In this document: positions 21,062-31,403 of the stretch, piece after piece | Layout: each line of letters begins with the position of its first letter | Numbering within the stretch: position 1 is the stretch's first letter | Assembly: GCA_016868035.1 (NCBI GenBank) | Contig: VGID01000001.1 | Span: forward strand, 198,509 to 262,508 | Direction of reading: 5' to 3' | DNA length: 64,000 nucleotides | DNA from: Betaproteobacteria bacterium | GTDB taxonomy: Bacteria > Pseudomonadota > Gammaproteobacteria > Burkholderiales > SG8-41 | Notes under the pieces: model-generated | The model's input: only the letters and a program-made list of their open reading frames with translations | Databases searched by the model: none | Told to the model about the DNA's origin: nothing | Program-made: the position numbers and the translations under genes

Positions 21062-21748
21062 TCAGGCTTTCGTGATCAGCTTGGTCGCTTCGTACAGCGT
21101 GGATACTATAGCATCGACGTCCAGCGTGCGCACATCGCGGCCCTCGTTGTAACCGTAGGATACGCAGAACACCGGGCATCCGGCGGCGCGCGCGGCCTCG
21201 GCATCATTGAGCGAGTCCCCGATCATCAGCATCTCGTGCGGGGCAATTTCGAACTTGCGGCAGGCGTAGAGCAGCGGCGCGGGGTCCGGCTTTCTCTGCG
21301 GCAGTGTGTCCCCGGCGATGACCTGGCCGAAATAGGACGCGAGTCCCAGATGCTCGAGCAGGGGCGCGGTAAAGCGCTGCGCCTTGTTGGTCACGCACGC
21401 GAGCGGCAGCCCGGCCGCGCGCAACTGCTGCAGTCCTTCCATCACCCCCGGATAGACGGTCGTGTAGCGGCCGTTCACGCCCGCATAGCACTCCTCGAAG
21501 AGTGGGAGCGCGCGTTCCAGGAGTCCGTTCGGAGGCGCGCCCTCGAGCGAGCCCGCGAGCGCGCGCTCGACGAGCTTGCCGATGCCCTTGCCCACGAACG
21601 TGCGCACCGTGGATTCCTCGAGCCGCGGGCGCCCGACCCGCTCGAGCATCCGGTTGGTGGCGACCGCGAGATCGGGGATGGTGTCGGCGAGCGTGCCGTC
21701 GAGGTCCACCATGACCGCCTTGACGCGCAGCGGAAAACGCGGATTCAT
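21062..21748 (-). CDS. gph: phosphoglycolate phosphatase (HAD superfamily)
   Basis: HAD motifs DLDGTL and GDSLNDAEAARAAG. ATG at 21748 is preferred over the TTG at 21757. Confidence 0.88.
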   Translation of the reverse strand: MNPRFPLRVKAVMVDLDGTLADTIPDLAVATNRMLERVGRPRLEESTVRTFVGKGIGKLVERALAGSLEGAPPNGLLERALPLFEECYAGVNGRYTTVYPGVMEGLQQLRAAGLPLACVTNKAQRFTAPLLEHLGLASYFGQVIAGDTLPQRKPDPAPLLYACRKFEIAPHEMLMIGDSLNDAEAARAAGCPVFCVSYGYNEGRDVRTLDVDAIVSTLYEATKLITKA

Positions 21749-21757
21749 CCAGAACAA

Positions 21758-21857
21758 GCGAGAGGCGACAGGCGAAAGGGGAGAGGCGTCAAATGCTACA
21801 AGCTACGGCCCGGCTGATTTTACTCCTCTCTCCTCTCCTCTCGTCTATCGTCTATCC
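21758..21857. repeat. heptad-periodic inverted-arm element R (GCGAGAG/GCGACAG arm, core, CTCCTCT/TCTATCG arm)
   Basis: Fills the rpe-gph spacer. Confidence 0.75.
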
Positions 21858-21863
21858 GCCGTT

Positions 21864-22526
21864 CTAGGCTTTTGCGAGCTCCGCGCGCATGGCACCGATC
21901 GTCGCCTTGTAGTCGCTGGTGCCGAAAATCGCCGAGCCCGCGACGAAGGTGTCGGCACCGGCGCGCGCGATCTCGCCGATGTTGTCCACCTTCACGCCTC
22001 CGTCCACCTCCAGCCAGATATCGCGGCCGGTCGCGGCGATGCGGCTACGCACCGCCGTGAGCTTCTTCAGCGCTTCGGCGATGAACTTCTGGCCTCCGAA
22101 CCCGGGGTTGACCGACATCACGAGTATGAGGTCGAGCTTGTCCATGACATGGTCGAGGCAGGAAAGCGGTGTCCCGGGATTCAGGACCAGGCCCGCCTTG
22201 CAGCCGTAATCCCTGATCAACGCGATCGTGCGGTCCACGTGCTCGCTGGCCTCGGGGTGGAACGAGATGATGTTCGCGCCGGCCTTTGCGAAATCCGGCA
22301 CGATCCGGTCAACCGGCTTCACCATGAGGTGCACGTCGATCGGCGCCGTCGTGAGCGGCCGGATCGCCTCGCACACCACCGGACCCACCGTGAGATTGGG
22401 CACGTAATGATTGTCCATCACGTCGAAGTGCACGAGGTCCGCTCCGGCGGCGACGACGCGTTGCACTTCCTCGCCCAGCTTCGCGAAATTGGCGGACAGT
22501 ATGCTCGGTGCGATGCGGTAGGCCAT
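21864..22526 (-). CDS. rpe: ribulose-phosphate 3-epimerase
   Basis: 220 aa starting [14 protein letters not shown] within ORF 21864..22586. Conserved [14 protein letters not shown] motif. Confidence 0.96.
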   Translation of the reverse strand: MAYRIAPSILSANFAKLGEEVQRVVAAGADLVHFDVMDNHYVPNLTVGPVVCEAIRPLTTAPIDVHLMVKPVDRIVPDFAKAGANIISFHPEASEHVDRTIALIRDYGCKAGLVLNPGTPLSCLDHVMDKLDLILVMSVNPGFGGQKFIAEALKKLTAVRSRIAATGRDIWLEVDGGVKVDNIGEIARAGADTFVAGSAIFGTSDYKATIGAMRAELAKA

Positions 22527-22637
22527 GATATTCCGGCAGCCGTGAAACCGACGCCGGGATTGTACCCGTTCTGGCGCTGCCGGCACAGGAGACGCCCGTG
22601 CTTGCGCGTGCCGCAGAAATGGTCAAGAATCTGCGTT

Positions 22638-23018
22638 ATGCCGGGCAAGAAACACGACATCACTGTCGCGGCGCGCACCGCGTTCATCCCCGATCAATCC
22701 GACGTCGAGAGCGGGCGCTACGTTTTCGCGTACACGATCACCATCACCAACACCGGCACGATGCCGGCGCAGCTCGTGAGCCGGCACTGGATCATTACCG
22801 ACGCGAACAACCAGGTGCAGGAGGTGCGCGGTCTCGGAGTGGTCGGCGAGCAGCCGTTCCTGCGGCCCGACGAGAGCTTCGAGTACACCAGCGGCGCCGC
22901 CATCGCCACGCCGGTCGGCACGATGCGCGGCAGCTATCAGATGATCGCGCAGGACGGCGCGCAGTTCGACGCGGCCATCCCGGAATTCACCCTGTCGATG
23001 CCGCGCGTGCTCCACTGA
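22638..23018 (+). CDS. apaG: ApaG protein
   Basis: C-terminal 126 aa of ORF 21576..23018. The sequences YVFAYTITITNTG and GEQP are typical of ApaG. Confidence 0.9.
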   Translation: MPGKKHDITVAARTAFIPDQSDVESGRYVFAYTITITNTGTMPAQLVSRHWIITDANNQVQEVRGLGVVGEQPFLRPDESFEYTSGAAIATPVGTMRGSYQMIAQDGAQFDAAIPEFTLSMPRVLH

Positions 23019-23025
23019 TCGTGGA

Positions 23026-23142
23026 GCGTTTCGAGTTCCGAGTTCCGGGTTCAAGGTTCAAGGTTCCGGGTTTAACGTTGCCCGTTCAGAGTTCGTGGTC
23101 TCGAACTTTGAACGTTGAACTTTGAACTTGGAACTTTGAACG
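23026..23142. repeat. heptad-periodic inverted-arm element G (7 x GAGTTCC/AGGTTCA, core, 5.7 x GAACTTT)
   Basis: Starts 8 nt after the apaG stop. Its core TTGCCCGTTCAGAGTTCGTGGTCTC resembles the core of element I. Confidence 0.88.
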
Positions 23143-23735
23143 TGACGCTGAAGGTCAGCTACACCTTCCTTGCGCCGGTCTACGATCTCTTCGTCGGGCC
23201 CGCATTCGCGAGCGCGCGCAGCCGCAGCCTCGCCGCGCTGCCGGATGGCGGCAAAATGGTACTGATCAACGGCGCGGGCACCGGCCTCGATCTGCCGCTC
23301 GCTCCGCCCGGCAACCGCTACGTCGGGCTGGACATCACGCGCGCGATGCTCGTCCGCGCGGAGCGACGCGGAGCGAGGAGCGATTTTTTCCCGGTACAAG
23401 GCAACAGCCTTGCGCTGCCCTTCCGCAGCGCAAGCTTCGACTACGCGGTGCTGCACCTGATCCTCGCGGTCGTTCCCGACGGAGCGCGCGCGTTGGCCGA
23501 AACGGTGCGCGTGGTGCGCCCCGGCGGCGGAATCCTCGTGCTCGACAAGTTTCTGCGGCCGGGACAGCGGGCGCCGCTGCGGCGCCTGCTGAGCCCGCTC
23601 GCTGCCCGGATCGCAACGCGGCTCGATGTCGTCTTCGAAGACCTGCTGCAGCGAGTGTCCGGAGTGCGCATCCTGTGCAACGAGCCGGCGGCCGCCCGGG
23701 GCTGGTTCCGGCTGATACGGCTGGAGCGCCTGTGA
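23142..23735 (+). CDS. class I SAM-dependent methyltransferase
   Basis: ORF 23115..23735 with a SAM motif (LINGAGTGLDL) and RPGGGILVLDKF. GTG at 23142 is preferred because upstream codons lie inside repeat G. Confidence 0.7.
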   Translation: MTLKVSYTFLAPVYDLFVGPAFASARSRSLAALPDGGKMVLINGAGTGLDLPLAPPGNRYVGLDITRAMLVRAERRGARSDFFPVQGNSLALPFRSASFDYAVLHLILAVVPDGARALAETVRVVRPGGGILVLDKFLRPGQRAPLRRLLSPLAARIATRLDVVFEDLLQRVSGVRILCNEPAAARGWFRLIRLERL

Positions 23736-23814
23736 GCGCGGCAGCGCCTAAACCCGCCCTAAACCCCAACCTCTCACCGCGGAGGACGCCGAGGACGCAG
23801 AGGAAAACCGGGAA

Positions 23815-23841
23815 TCAATTTGGCCGCCGATGGACGCCGAT
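23815..23841. repeat. solo copy of the terminal repeat that flanks the GxxExxY cassette
   Basis: AATTTGGCCGCCGATGGACGCCGAT matches 54915-54940 almost exactly. It is preceded by 7-nt periodic GAGGACG/CCGAGGA units. Confidence 0.75.
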
Positions 23842-24009
23842 CAAAGCCCAACCTGTTAAGACCAACCACGCGAAGGACACCAACGGAAACCAATCACTCT
23901 GAATCCTGAAATTCGAGCCCGATTGAAGATCAGCAGCGCGAGCGCGGCGCCCGCCTCGAGAAACTGCCGGAACATTTCCAGGGACCATGGAGAGGCTATA
24001 CTTTCGGCG

Positions 24010-25260
24010 ATGCCGCACTCAAGCGAACCGGCATGCAAACGCCAGGCGGCGCGCGCATGCCTCAGCCTGCTCGCGCTGCTGCTCGGCCTCGCGGGTTGCG
24101 AAACCCCCAAGCCGCAACCTCCGGCGCCTCCGGTCGCACTCGCCGTCACTCCGGCCCCGCCGCCGCCAAAACCGGCGCTGCCCGCAAAACCGCCTGCCGC
24201 GGGCGAGGCCGGAGTGCTGCGGCAGGTTGCGTGGAATGAGCTTCCGGAGTGGCAGGCGGACAATCCCGCGCTCGCTTGGGAGCCGCTCCTGCTGAGTTGC
24301 GGCGCGCTCAAGGCGCAGGAGGCGTGGCGCGCGGTCTGCGCCGAGGCGGAGAAAATCAGGACCCCGGATCCGGCGAGCGCACGCCGCTTCTTCGAAGCCC
24401 ATTTCACGCCGTTCCAGTTGATCAATGCGGACGGCAGCGACGAGGGCCTGATCACCGGCTATTACGAGCCGCTGCTCAGGGGCAGCCGCAAGCCCACGGC
24501 GCGCTACCGCTTTCCCGTGTACGGCGTGCCCGACGACCTGCTGGTCATCGACCTCGCAGGGCTGCACCCCGAGCTGAAAGGCATGCGGCTACGCGGCAGG
24601 CTGGAGGGCAGGCGCGTGGTGCCCTACTACGAGCGCGCGCAGATCGAGCGCGGACGCGCCCCGGTCGCGGACAAGGCGCTGCTGTGGGTGGAAGATGCGA
24701 TCGAGCTCTTCTTCCTGCAGATCCAGGGCTCGGGGCGCGTCGCGCTCGACAGCGGCGAGACCGTTCGCGTCGGCTACGCGGAGCACAACGGCCATCCCTA
24801 CCGTTCGATCGGAAGGCTGCTCGTCGACCGCGGCGATCTCCCTCTGGAAAAGGCTTCCATGCAGGGAATCAAGGCGTGGGCTCGGCAGAACCCGGACCGC
24901 GTGAGGGAGTTGCTCGATCATAACGCCGCCTACGTGTTCTTCCGGGAGTTGCCGCCCGAGTTGCCGGGCCCGTTGGGCACGCTCGGGGTGCCCGTTACCG
25001 CGCGCCGCAGCGTGGCGGTGGATGCCCGCTTCGTGCCGCTCGGCGCGCCGGTTTATGTGGCGACCACCTGGCCGGCGAGCGCGCGCCCGCTCAATCTCCT
25101 GATGCTCGCGCAGGACACGGGCGGGGCGATCCGCGGCGCCGTGCGCGCCGATTTCTTCTGGGGCTTCGGCGAGGAGGCCGCCCGGGAAGCGGGGCGCATG
25201 AAGCAGCGGTTGCGCATGTGGGTGCTGCTGCCGCACGCCTATCGCGTGCCGGGAAACTGA
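24010..25260 (+). CDS. mltA: membrane-bound lytic murein transglycosylase A (lipoprotein)
   Basis: Start at MPHSSEP within ORF 23923..25260. Lipobox LLGLAGC; MltA/3D domain motifs (GYYEP, DTGGAIRG). Confidence 0.9.
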   Translation: MPHSSEPACKRQAARACLSLLALLLGLAGCETPKPQPPAPPVALAVTPAPPPPKPALPAKPPAAGEAGVLRQVAWNELPEWQADNPALAWEPLLLSCGALKAQEAWRAVCAEAEKIRTPDPASARRFFEAHFTPFQLINADGSDEGLITGYYEPLLRGSRKPTARYRFPVYGVPDDLLVIDLAGLHPELKGMRLRGRLEGRRVVPYYERAQIERGRAPVADKALLWVEDAIELFFLQIQGSGRVALDSGETVRVGYAEHNGHPYRSIGRLLVDRGDLPLEKASMQGIKAWARQNPDRVRELLDHNAAYVFFRELPPELPGPLGTLGVPVTARRSVAVDARFVPLGAPVYVATTWPASARPLNLLMLAQDTGGAIRGAVRADFFWGFGEEAAREAGRMKQRLRMWVLLPHAYRVPGN

Positions 25261-25278
25261 GCGCCAGCGCTCATGCTT

Positions 25279-25327
25279 GGTTCGGGGTTTCGAGTTTCGG
25301 GTTCCGGGTTCCGGGATCCGGGTCTCA
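25279..25327. repeat. heptad array H (7 x GGTTCCG/GGTTTCG, single arm)
   Basis: Lies between convergent mltA and the TonB-like gene. Confidence 0.85.
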
Positions 25328-25350
25328 AGCGAAAAGCGGTTTTTTCCCGC

Positions 25351-26034
25351 TCACCGGCTGTCCTTCGCCGCCTTTCCGCTTGCCGCATCGAAGCGCACGG
25401 CGACCACGATCCGGCTTCTCACCGCGCGCCCGTCCTTGATCGCGGGGTGAAAGCGCGCTGCACCGAAGATCGCGAGCGCCTGCTCCTCGAAATAGCCTGC
25501 CGGCTCCGCTACCATGACGGTGAGTTCGCGCACCACACCCTGCTCGTCGATCGCGACCCGCATCAGCAGATGTCCATTCACGCCTTCGCGCGCCGCGCGT
25601 AGCGGATCGCCGAAGTCGAGGGGTGCGACCGGCCGGGGATAGAGGTCGAGTTCGCGTGCCTCGTAGTACACCGGGTCGCGAATCGGCGGGCGCGCCGGTA
25701 CCGCGTCGGCCGTGCGGACCGGTTCGACCGCGCGCTCCGGATCGAGGGCCGCCAGCGAATCTGCGCGCCGGGCCTCCAGGCGGATCGCCCGGGGCGCGAA
25801 ATCCAGCTCTTCAGACTCCCGCGGTGCTGCCGCGCGCGCGGGCTGTTCCGGTTCGGCCAGCATCTCGAGCCGCGCCTCGATGGGCCCCATTGCGCGCGGC
25901 CAAGCCGCGCGCGGCCCCATCTCGGCCGGCATGCCCGTGGCGAAGCACAGGTGCAGCAGCGCGGAGGCCGTCAGCGCCAGGGCCAGCCTGCGCCGCGCTG
26001 CAGCGTGCGGAGTTGGAAATGCGGCGGCGTTCAC
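25351..26034 (-). CDS. TonB-family C-terminal domain protein (energy transducer-like)
   Basis: 227 aa with an N-terminal anchor, a Pro/Glu-rich linker and a C-terminal TonB-like fold (YPRPV... GVNGHLLMRVAIDEQG). Confidence 0.7.
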   Translation of the reverse strand: MNAAAFPTPHAAARRRLALALTASALLHLCFATGMPAEMGPRAAWPRAMGPIEARLEMLAEPEQPARAAAPRESEELDFAPRAIRLEARRADSLAALDPERAVEPVRTADAVPARPPIRDPVYYEARELDLYPRPVAPLDFGDPLRAAREGVNGHLLMRVAIDEQGVVRELTVMVAEPAGYFEEQALAIFGAARFHPAIKDGRAVRSRIVVAVRFDAASGKAAKDSR

Positions 26035-26105
26035 CCAGCAGTTAACGCCGCGCGCGCGCTCCTGTTGACCCGCAGCCTCGGCTGCAGGCTGGACCCTATT
26101 AGGTT

Positions 26106-26819
26106 CTACTTGGAGGAAACGGACCTGAGCGCCTGCTCGATGCGCTCGGCCGGGACGTAGCCGCCGATCTGGTCCCCGTCGGAAAGATAGACCGCGGGCG
26201 TGCCGCGGATGCCGAAGCGGCGCGCGAGCTCAAGGTTCCGGTCGAACGGGGTGTCGCAGGCTTTCACCGGGCCGGGCGCGACGCCCTTCGCCATCACCTC
26301 ATCCCACGCCCGCGCGCGATCCTTCGAGCACCAGATCGCCCGCGATTTCTCGACCGAATCGGGGCCGAGTATGGGCACGAGGAAAGTGTAGACGGTGAGA
26401 TCCGTCATCTTCGCGAGCTCCTGGTGCAGCTGCTTGCAGTAAACGCAGTTGGGATCCTCGAAGGTGTAGAGCACGCGCCTGCCGTTTCCGCGCACGCGCC
26501 GGAACGCAGAATCGAGTGATTTCGTGAGCGTGGCGGAAGTGAGCTGATTGTTGCGCTCGGCCGTGACGTTGCGCAGGGAGCCGCCCCGCGCGTCGAACAT
26601 CACCCCGCGCAGGATGAAGTTCACCTTCTCGTCCACGTAGAAGATCTGCCCCTCCGCGACGACTTCGTAGAGGCCCGGCATGTGCGATTTGGTGACGCTT
26701 TCAGGCTGCATCTCCACCCGCGCCTGAAATGCCTTCCGGATTGCCGCTTCGCTCGCGTACGCGCCGCCTGCGGCGAACCCCGCCACGGCCAGCACTGCGA
26801 ACATGAGTTTACGTGACAT
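26106..26819 (-). CDS. periplasmic thiol:disulfide interchange protein, DsbC/DsbG family
   Basis: C-terminal 237 aa of ORF 26106..27548. Signal peptide, CVYC redox motif, GTP cis-Pro loop; GGAG SD upstream. Confidence 0.85.
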   Translation of the reverse strand: MSRKLMFAVLAVAGFAAGGAYASEAAIRKAFQARVEMQPESVTKSHMPGLYEVVAEGQIFYVDEKVNFILRGVMFDARGGSLRNVTAERNNQLTSATLTKSLDSAFRRVRGNGRRVLYTFEDPNCVYCKQLHQELAKMTDLTVYTFLVPILGPDSVEKSRAIWCSKDRARAWDEVMAKGVAPGPVKACDTPFDRNLELARRFGIRGTPAVYLSDGDQIGGYVPAERIEQALRSVSSK

Positions 26820-26853
26820 AGTGACTCCGGTTGCTGAATTCCCGGGCCCGCTC

Positions 26854-28023
26854 TCAAGCCACGGCCTGGCGCACCAGGAAGTTCTTGAGCTGCGGCTGCC
26901 CGTTGACGAGCTGCAGTCCGAGGTTGCGCACCCTTTCCAGCCAGACCACGTCGTTGTTGAAAAGTTTCTGCAGGCCGTCGGTCGCATACTGCATCGCCAG
27001 CACGTCTTCCCTGCGCGCGCGCTCGTAGCGTCGCAGCAAGGTCTGCTCGCCGCAATCCTCAAACGGGCCGCGGCCGGCGAGTGCGCGGGCGAGCTCGCGC
27101 GCGTCCCGGAAGCCGAGGTTGAGGCCCTGGCCGGCCAGCGGGTGTATGTTATGGGCGGCGTCGCCCACGAGCGCGACACGCGACCCGATGAAGCGCTCGA
27201 CGCGCTGCAGCCGGAGCGGAAATGCGGCGGGCGGGGTGATGCTTGCGAGCGCGCCGAGCGCGCCGTGACTCGCGACCGCCACTTCCTCGCCGAGACGCCC
27301 CGGCGCGAGCCCGAGCAGCCGCCGCGCACCTTCCTCCTCGAGGGACCATACCATCGAGGCGCGCCGGCCGGGCAGCGGCAGCAACGCCAGCACGCCATCC
27401 CGCCGGAACCATTGATACGCGACCCCGTCGTGCGGTCTTCCGCACGAGAAATTGCCCACCACCCCGAGTTGCCGGTACTCGAGGGGCTTGACCGCGATGC
27501 CGGCGCGCTCGCGCACCCTTGAGTCCGCCCCGTCCGCTCCCACGACAAGACGCGCGGCGATCATGGTTCCGTCATCGAGCTCGATGCGGGCCGCGTCCGG
27601 ACCGAACTCGAGCGATCTCCAGCCCGCCGGGCAGTACACGGCGACGGTCTCCTCACGAACGCGCTGCCACAGCGCGTGCTGCAGCCGGTTGTTCTCCACG
27701 ATGAACGCGAGTTCCCGCAGGCCCGCATCGTACGCGCTGAACTCGAGGCACGCGCGCGCATCGTCGCCGTAGACGCGCATTGCCTCGACGCGCGCGATTC
27801 GCTCGCGTGGCACGCGCTGCCACGCCCCGCAGGCTTCGAGGAACGCCGCGGCGCCGGGACTGATCGCGTAGACCCGGCTGTCCCACGCCTGTCCCTCGTC
27901 GTGCGCACGGGAAGCTTGGGATTCGACCACGGCGAGCTTCAGGCCGGTGCGCGAAAGCGCCGCAGCGAGGCTCAGTCCCACCGGACCGCCCCCGACGATG
28001 ACGACATCGACCTGGATTGGCAT
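26854..28023 (-). CDS. UbiH/UbiF/VisC/Coq6-family FAD-dependent ubiquinone biosynthesis hydroxylase
   Basis: 389 aa with GGGPVG dinucleotide-binding, DG and GDAAHNIHPLAGQG motifs. Confidence 0.9.
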   Translation of the reverse strand: MPIQVDVVIVGGGPVGLSLAAALSRTGLKLAVVESQASRAHDEGQAWDSRVYAISPGAAAFLEACGAWQRVPRERIARVEAMRVYGDDARACLEFSAYDAGLRELAFIVENNRLQHALWQRVREETVAVYCPAGWRSLEFGPDAARIELDDGTMIAARLVVGADGADSRVRERAGIAVKPLEYRQLGVVGNFSCGRPHDGVAYQWFRRDGVLALLPLPGRRASMVWSLEEEGARRLLGLAPGRLGEEVAVASHGALGALASITPPAAFPLRLQRVERFIGSRVALVGDAAHNIHPLAGQGLNLGFRDARELARALAGRGPFEDCGEQTLLRRYERARREDVLAMQYATDGLQKLFNNDVVWLERVRNLGLQLVNGQPQLKNFLVRQAVA

Positions 28024-28085
28024 ACCCGAGAAGAAACCGCGGATGAGGAGCAGTGTATATCGAGACTCCGCCGGGCGCGTTAGGG

Positions 28086-28111
28086 AAAAAGGCCGCGAGC
28101 GCTCGCGGGCC
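28086..28111 (-). terminator. rho-independent terminator downstream of the 28229..29299 gene
   Basis: GGCCCGCGAGC/GCTCGCGGCC palindrome followed by UUUUU on the minus strand. Confidence 0.65.
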
Positions 28112-28228
28112 CGCCCGGCCCCGTGTGAATGGATACCTCCGCCCGGGCGGCTTTATTCCCTCGCGGGACTCTCCGGACCCGGGCAGAAACCGGCCGGAGC
28201 GCGATTCAGGCGCGGGGGCGCTCCTGCC

Positions 28229-29299
28229 TCAGGCTGCCGCCCGCCGATTGGCTTCGAGGCGGGCATCCACCAGCGCGACCACCTCGTCCAGGACCGCAGA
28301 CTGCATGCCCTTCTGCGCCGCTACGGCTTTCACCAACCGGTCCACGCGCTCGATGTTGGGCGCGCCGCCGAACAAGGCTCGCGCCGCGGAGGACGGGCTT
28401 CCGAGCGACAGCGCCGCGTTGGCGTATTTCTCGAATGGAACGAGATCCTTCGGCGAGGCGCCCAGGGACGTGCACAGCTTGACGACCCAGTCGTAAACCG
28501 ATCGCGATGCCTCGATGTCGGTGTGCACGGCTTCCTTGATGGGTCGCATTCCCTCTTTCGTCACGCAGCGGTAATTGCCGGCGATCAGCATGGGCCATTT
28601 CGCCAGCGGCACAAAGATGGACTCGTGCACCTTGAGCTTGACGGGCAATTCGATGCGGCCGTCCCCGGTGTCGAAACGCACTGCCTCGATCTCCGATTCC
28701 AGCTGGCGGAGGATGGCGGTGTGCGTGTGCGACTCGAACCGGGCAGCCTTGAAGTTCGTCGGCAGCCTGACTTGCAGCACGTTGACCTTCTCTTCCGGCG
28801 GGCGGAAAGCCTGCGGGTCCGGACTGCACAGCGTCATGCAGACCGGGTCGAAGCTGTCCCAGACGGTGGCGTCCGTGTAGCAACTCCTCAATGCATTCGC
28901 ATCGAGGCCGGATATGCGTTTCAGGTACGGCAGCGGCGGCATGTTCATGATCGACATGCAGGGCACTTTGGCCTTGGCCACCGCGTCCAGCAGCTCGCGC
29001 ACGCCGGGCAAGCGGTACTGGGGCTCCTGCATGGCGAGCGCCACGAGATCGTATTCGGACGGATTGATCGCCGCCGGACCATCGGCGGATAATTTGCCGG
29101 GCAGTTTCCGGGAGTCGATCTCGACGAGCCCTTCCCTGCCTTTGACCGGCATGCGCACCCGTATGCCTTCCTTGTTGATCAACTCCGCTTCCGCGGGCAG
29201 GCATACCAACTTGAGCGTATGGCGCGCGAAGAGGACTTTCGCCGCCAGCAGCGAGCCGTACGATGCGCCCATGATCAGAATCTTGTACGGTTTACTCAT
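28229..29299 (-). CDS. Rossmann-fold oxidoreductase-like protein (ketopantoate-reductase-like N-terminus), function unknown
   Basis: 356 aa with an N-terminal YKILIMGASYGS beta-alpha-beta motif. Family assignment by weak recall only. Confidence 0.5.
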   Translation of the reverse strand: MSKPYKILIMGASYGSLLAAKVLFARHTLKLVCLPAEAELINKEGIRVRMPVKGREGLVEIDSRKLPGKLSADGPAAINPSEYDLVALAMQEPQYRLPGVRELLDAVAKAKVPCMSIMNMPPLPYLKRISGLDANALRSCYTDATVWDSFDPVCMTLCSPDPQAFRPPEEKVNVLQVRLPTNFKAARFESHTHTAILRQLESEIEAVRFDTGDGRIELPVKLKVHESIFVPLAKWPMLIAGNYRCVTKEGMRPIKEAVHTDIEASRSVYDWVVKLCTSLGASPKDLVPFEKYANAALSLGSPSSAARALFGGAPNIERVDRLVKAVAAQKGMQSAVLDEVVALVDARLEANRRAAA

Positions 29300-29508
29300 G
29301 CAAACCCCTGTCTTCGTGTCACGTGTCGGTCATGCAGTCCAGTAAACTCACGTGATGCGAAACTGGATCACCGCATCCTTGGTTTCCCGTGGATTTCACC
29401 ATGCGGGATTTTTATTCATGTTCTGCAATCAGGATATCACGGTCCAGATCAGCCGGCCACAAGCGCCGGATTATTAACCTGATTTCGGCAGTAATTCAGA
29501 GGCTTAAC

Positions 29509-29538
29509 TTGACAAAGGCGGACGCGCTCTTTTAGACT
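29509..29538 (+). promoter_or_regulatory. sigma70-type promoter for the tRNA gene
   Basis: TTGACA, 18-nt spacer, TAGACT, then a GC-rich discriminator (GCGCCGCTCCCC), about 15 nt upstream of the tRNA 5' end. Confidence 0.6.
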
Positions 29539-29552
29539 GCGCCGCTCCCCAT

Positions 29553-29628
29553 GGCGAGTTAGCTCAGCGGTTAGAGCAGCGGAATCATAATCCGTTGGTC
29601 CGGGGTTCAAATCCCTGACTCGCCACCA
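29553..29628 (+). tRNA. tRNA with CAU anticodon (elongator Met type; a lysidine-modified Ile2 identity is not excluded), CCA encoded
   Basis: Hand-folded cloverleaf: acceptor GGCGAGT/ACTCGCC, D stem GCTC/GAGC, anticodon stem GCGGA/TCCGT, loop AUCAUAA, T stem CGGGG/CCCTG. The G1-C72 pair rules out an initiator. Confidence 0.9.
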
Positions 29629-29678
29629 GTTTTCATGCGGGCCGCGGCCGGGTACGGCGGCTCGAAACGGGCGCCGGA

Positions 29679-30053
29679 TTGCGTTTGAAGTATCTGATTG
29701 CGTTGTGTTACCGTGGGTCGATGCGCAGGTGGGCATGGACCGGTATCCTGGCCGTGGCGATCGCCTCGGCGAGCCACGCCCAATTAATACAGCGCCAGTT
29801 TCCTCCCAACAGCCAGCTCGGTGTGCTGGTCGGCGGCCAGCATCCGTTCCCGCTCGTCCAGATCAACAACAAGGTGCTGCGCCTCGCCCCCGGCGGCCTC
29901 ATCTATGACGGACATAACCGGACGATTCTGCACAATGTCCTCCCGGAGCATGCGCACGTCCTGTTCATCGTGGACATGAACGGCGACGTCGGGCGAATCT
30001 TCATCCTGCGGCCCGACGAGCTGGCGCGGTTCGAGCGCGCCGGCCCGCGCTAG
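29679..30053 (+). CDS. small exported hypothetical protein
   Basis: 124-aa ORF (TTG). The more likely start is MRRWAW at 29721, which gives a signal peptide (GILAVAIASASHA). No recognisable family. Confidence 0.4.
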   Translation: MRLKYLIALCYRGSMRRWAWTGILAVAIASASHAQLIQRQFPPNSQLGVLVGGQHPFPLVQINNKVLRLAPGGLIYDGHNRTILHNVLPEHAHVLFIVDMNGDVGRIFILRPDELARFERAGPR

Positions 30054-30074
30054 GCCGGAACGCCGGCTCCATCC

Positions 30075-31403
30075 GTGCCGCAGAAGGTCTACATCAAGAC
30101 GTTCGGCTGCCAGATGAACGAGTACGACTCGGGCAAGATGGCCGACGTGCTGCACGCCGCGCAGGGCATGGAGACGACCGACGATCCTGCCGCGGCCGAC
30201 CTCATCCTGTTCAACACGTGCTCGGTGCGCGAAAAGGCGCAGGAGAAAGTCTTCACCGACCTCGGCCGCGTCAAACACCACAAGGGCGCCAGGCCCGGCG
30301 TGCTGATCGGGGTGGGCGGATGCGTGGCGAGCCAGGAAGGCGCGGCGATCGTCGCGCGCGCGCCCTACGTGGACATCGTTTTCGGCCCCCAGACCCTGCA
30401 CCGGCTGCCGCAGTTGCTCGAAGCGCGGCGCACGACCGGCCGGCCGCAGGTGGACATCTCCTTCCCGGAGATCGAGAAGTTCGACGATCTCCCTCCCGCG
30501 CGCGCGGAAGGCGCAACCGCCTTCGTCTCGATCATGGAAGGCTGCAGCAAGTACTGCACCTTCTGCGTGGTCCCCTACACCCGCGGCGAGGAAGTCTCGC
30601 GGCCCTTCGAGGACGTGTTGACCGAGATCGCCGAGCTCGCACAACAGGGCGTGAAGGAAGTGACGATGCTCGGCCAGAACGTCAACGCGTACCGCGGCGT
30701 GACGGCCGAGGGCGCGGCTGCGGACCTCGCCCTGCTCCTCGAGTATGTCGCGGCCATCCCCGGGATCGAGCGCATCCGCTATACGACCTCGCATCCGAAG
30801 GAATTCACGCAGCGCCTGATCGACGCCCACGGCCGGATCCCGCAGCTCGCGAGGCATGTGCACCTGCCGGTGCAGGCGGGCTCGGACCGCGTGCTGGCCG
30901 CGATGAAGCGGGGCTACACCGCGCTCGAATACAAGTCGATCGCGCGCAGGCTGCGCGTCGCGTGTCCCGGCATCTCGATCTCCTCCGATTTCATCGTCGG
31001 CTTTCCCGGGGAGACCGACGCCGATTTCGAGGCGACCCTGCGGCTCATAGACGAAGTGGGCTTCGATGCGAGCTTCAGCTTCGTCTACAGCCGGCGTCCC
31101 GGAACTCCCGCCGCGGAGCTGCCCGACGACACCGGGCAGAGCGTGAAGCTCGCGCGCCTGCGGCTGCTGCAGACAAAAATCGACGAGCAGGCGCGCGCGA
31201 TCAGCCGCGCCATGGTCGGCACCCGCCAGCGGGTGCTGGTCGAGGGCGCCGCGAAGAAAGACGACTCCGAGCTGTGCGGGCGCACCGCGAACAACCGCGT
31301 GGTCAATTTCCCGGGCCCGCGGCGCCTGGTCGGCGGGTTCGTGGACGTCGTGATCAGCGCCGCCTTGCCCCATTCGTTGCGGGGCGATCCCGTTTCCAGT
31401 TGA
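30075..31403 (+). CDS. miaB: tRNA (N6-isopentenyl adenosine(37)-C2)-methylthiotransferase
   Basis: 442 aa. Has the UPF0004 domain, the radical-SAM CSKYCTFC motif and a TRAM domain. Confidence 0.96.
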   Translation: MPQKVYIKTFGCQMNEYDSGKMADVLHAAQGMETTDDPAAADLILFNTCSVREKAQEKVFTDLGRVKHHKGARPGVLIGVGGCVASQEGAAIVARAPYVDIVFGPQTLHRLPQLLEARRTTGRPQVDISFPEIEKFDDLPPARAEGATAFVSIMEGCSKYCTFCVVPYTRGEEVSRPFEDVLTEIAELAQQGVKEVTMLGQNVNAYRGVTAEGAAADLALLLEYVAAIPGIERIRYTTSHPKEFTQRLIDAHGRIPQLARHVHLPVQAGSDRVLAAMKRGYTALEYKSIARRLRVACPGISISSDFIVGFPGETDADFEATLRLIDEVGFDASFSFVYSRRPGTPAAELPDDTGQSVKLARLRLLQTKIDEQARAISRAMVGTRQRVLVEGAAKKDDSELCGRTANNRVVNFPGPRRLVGGFVDVVISAALPHSLRGDPVSS

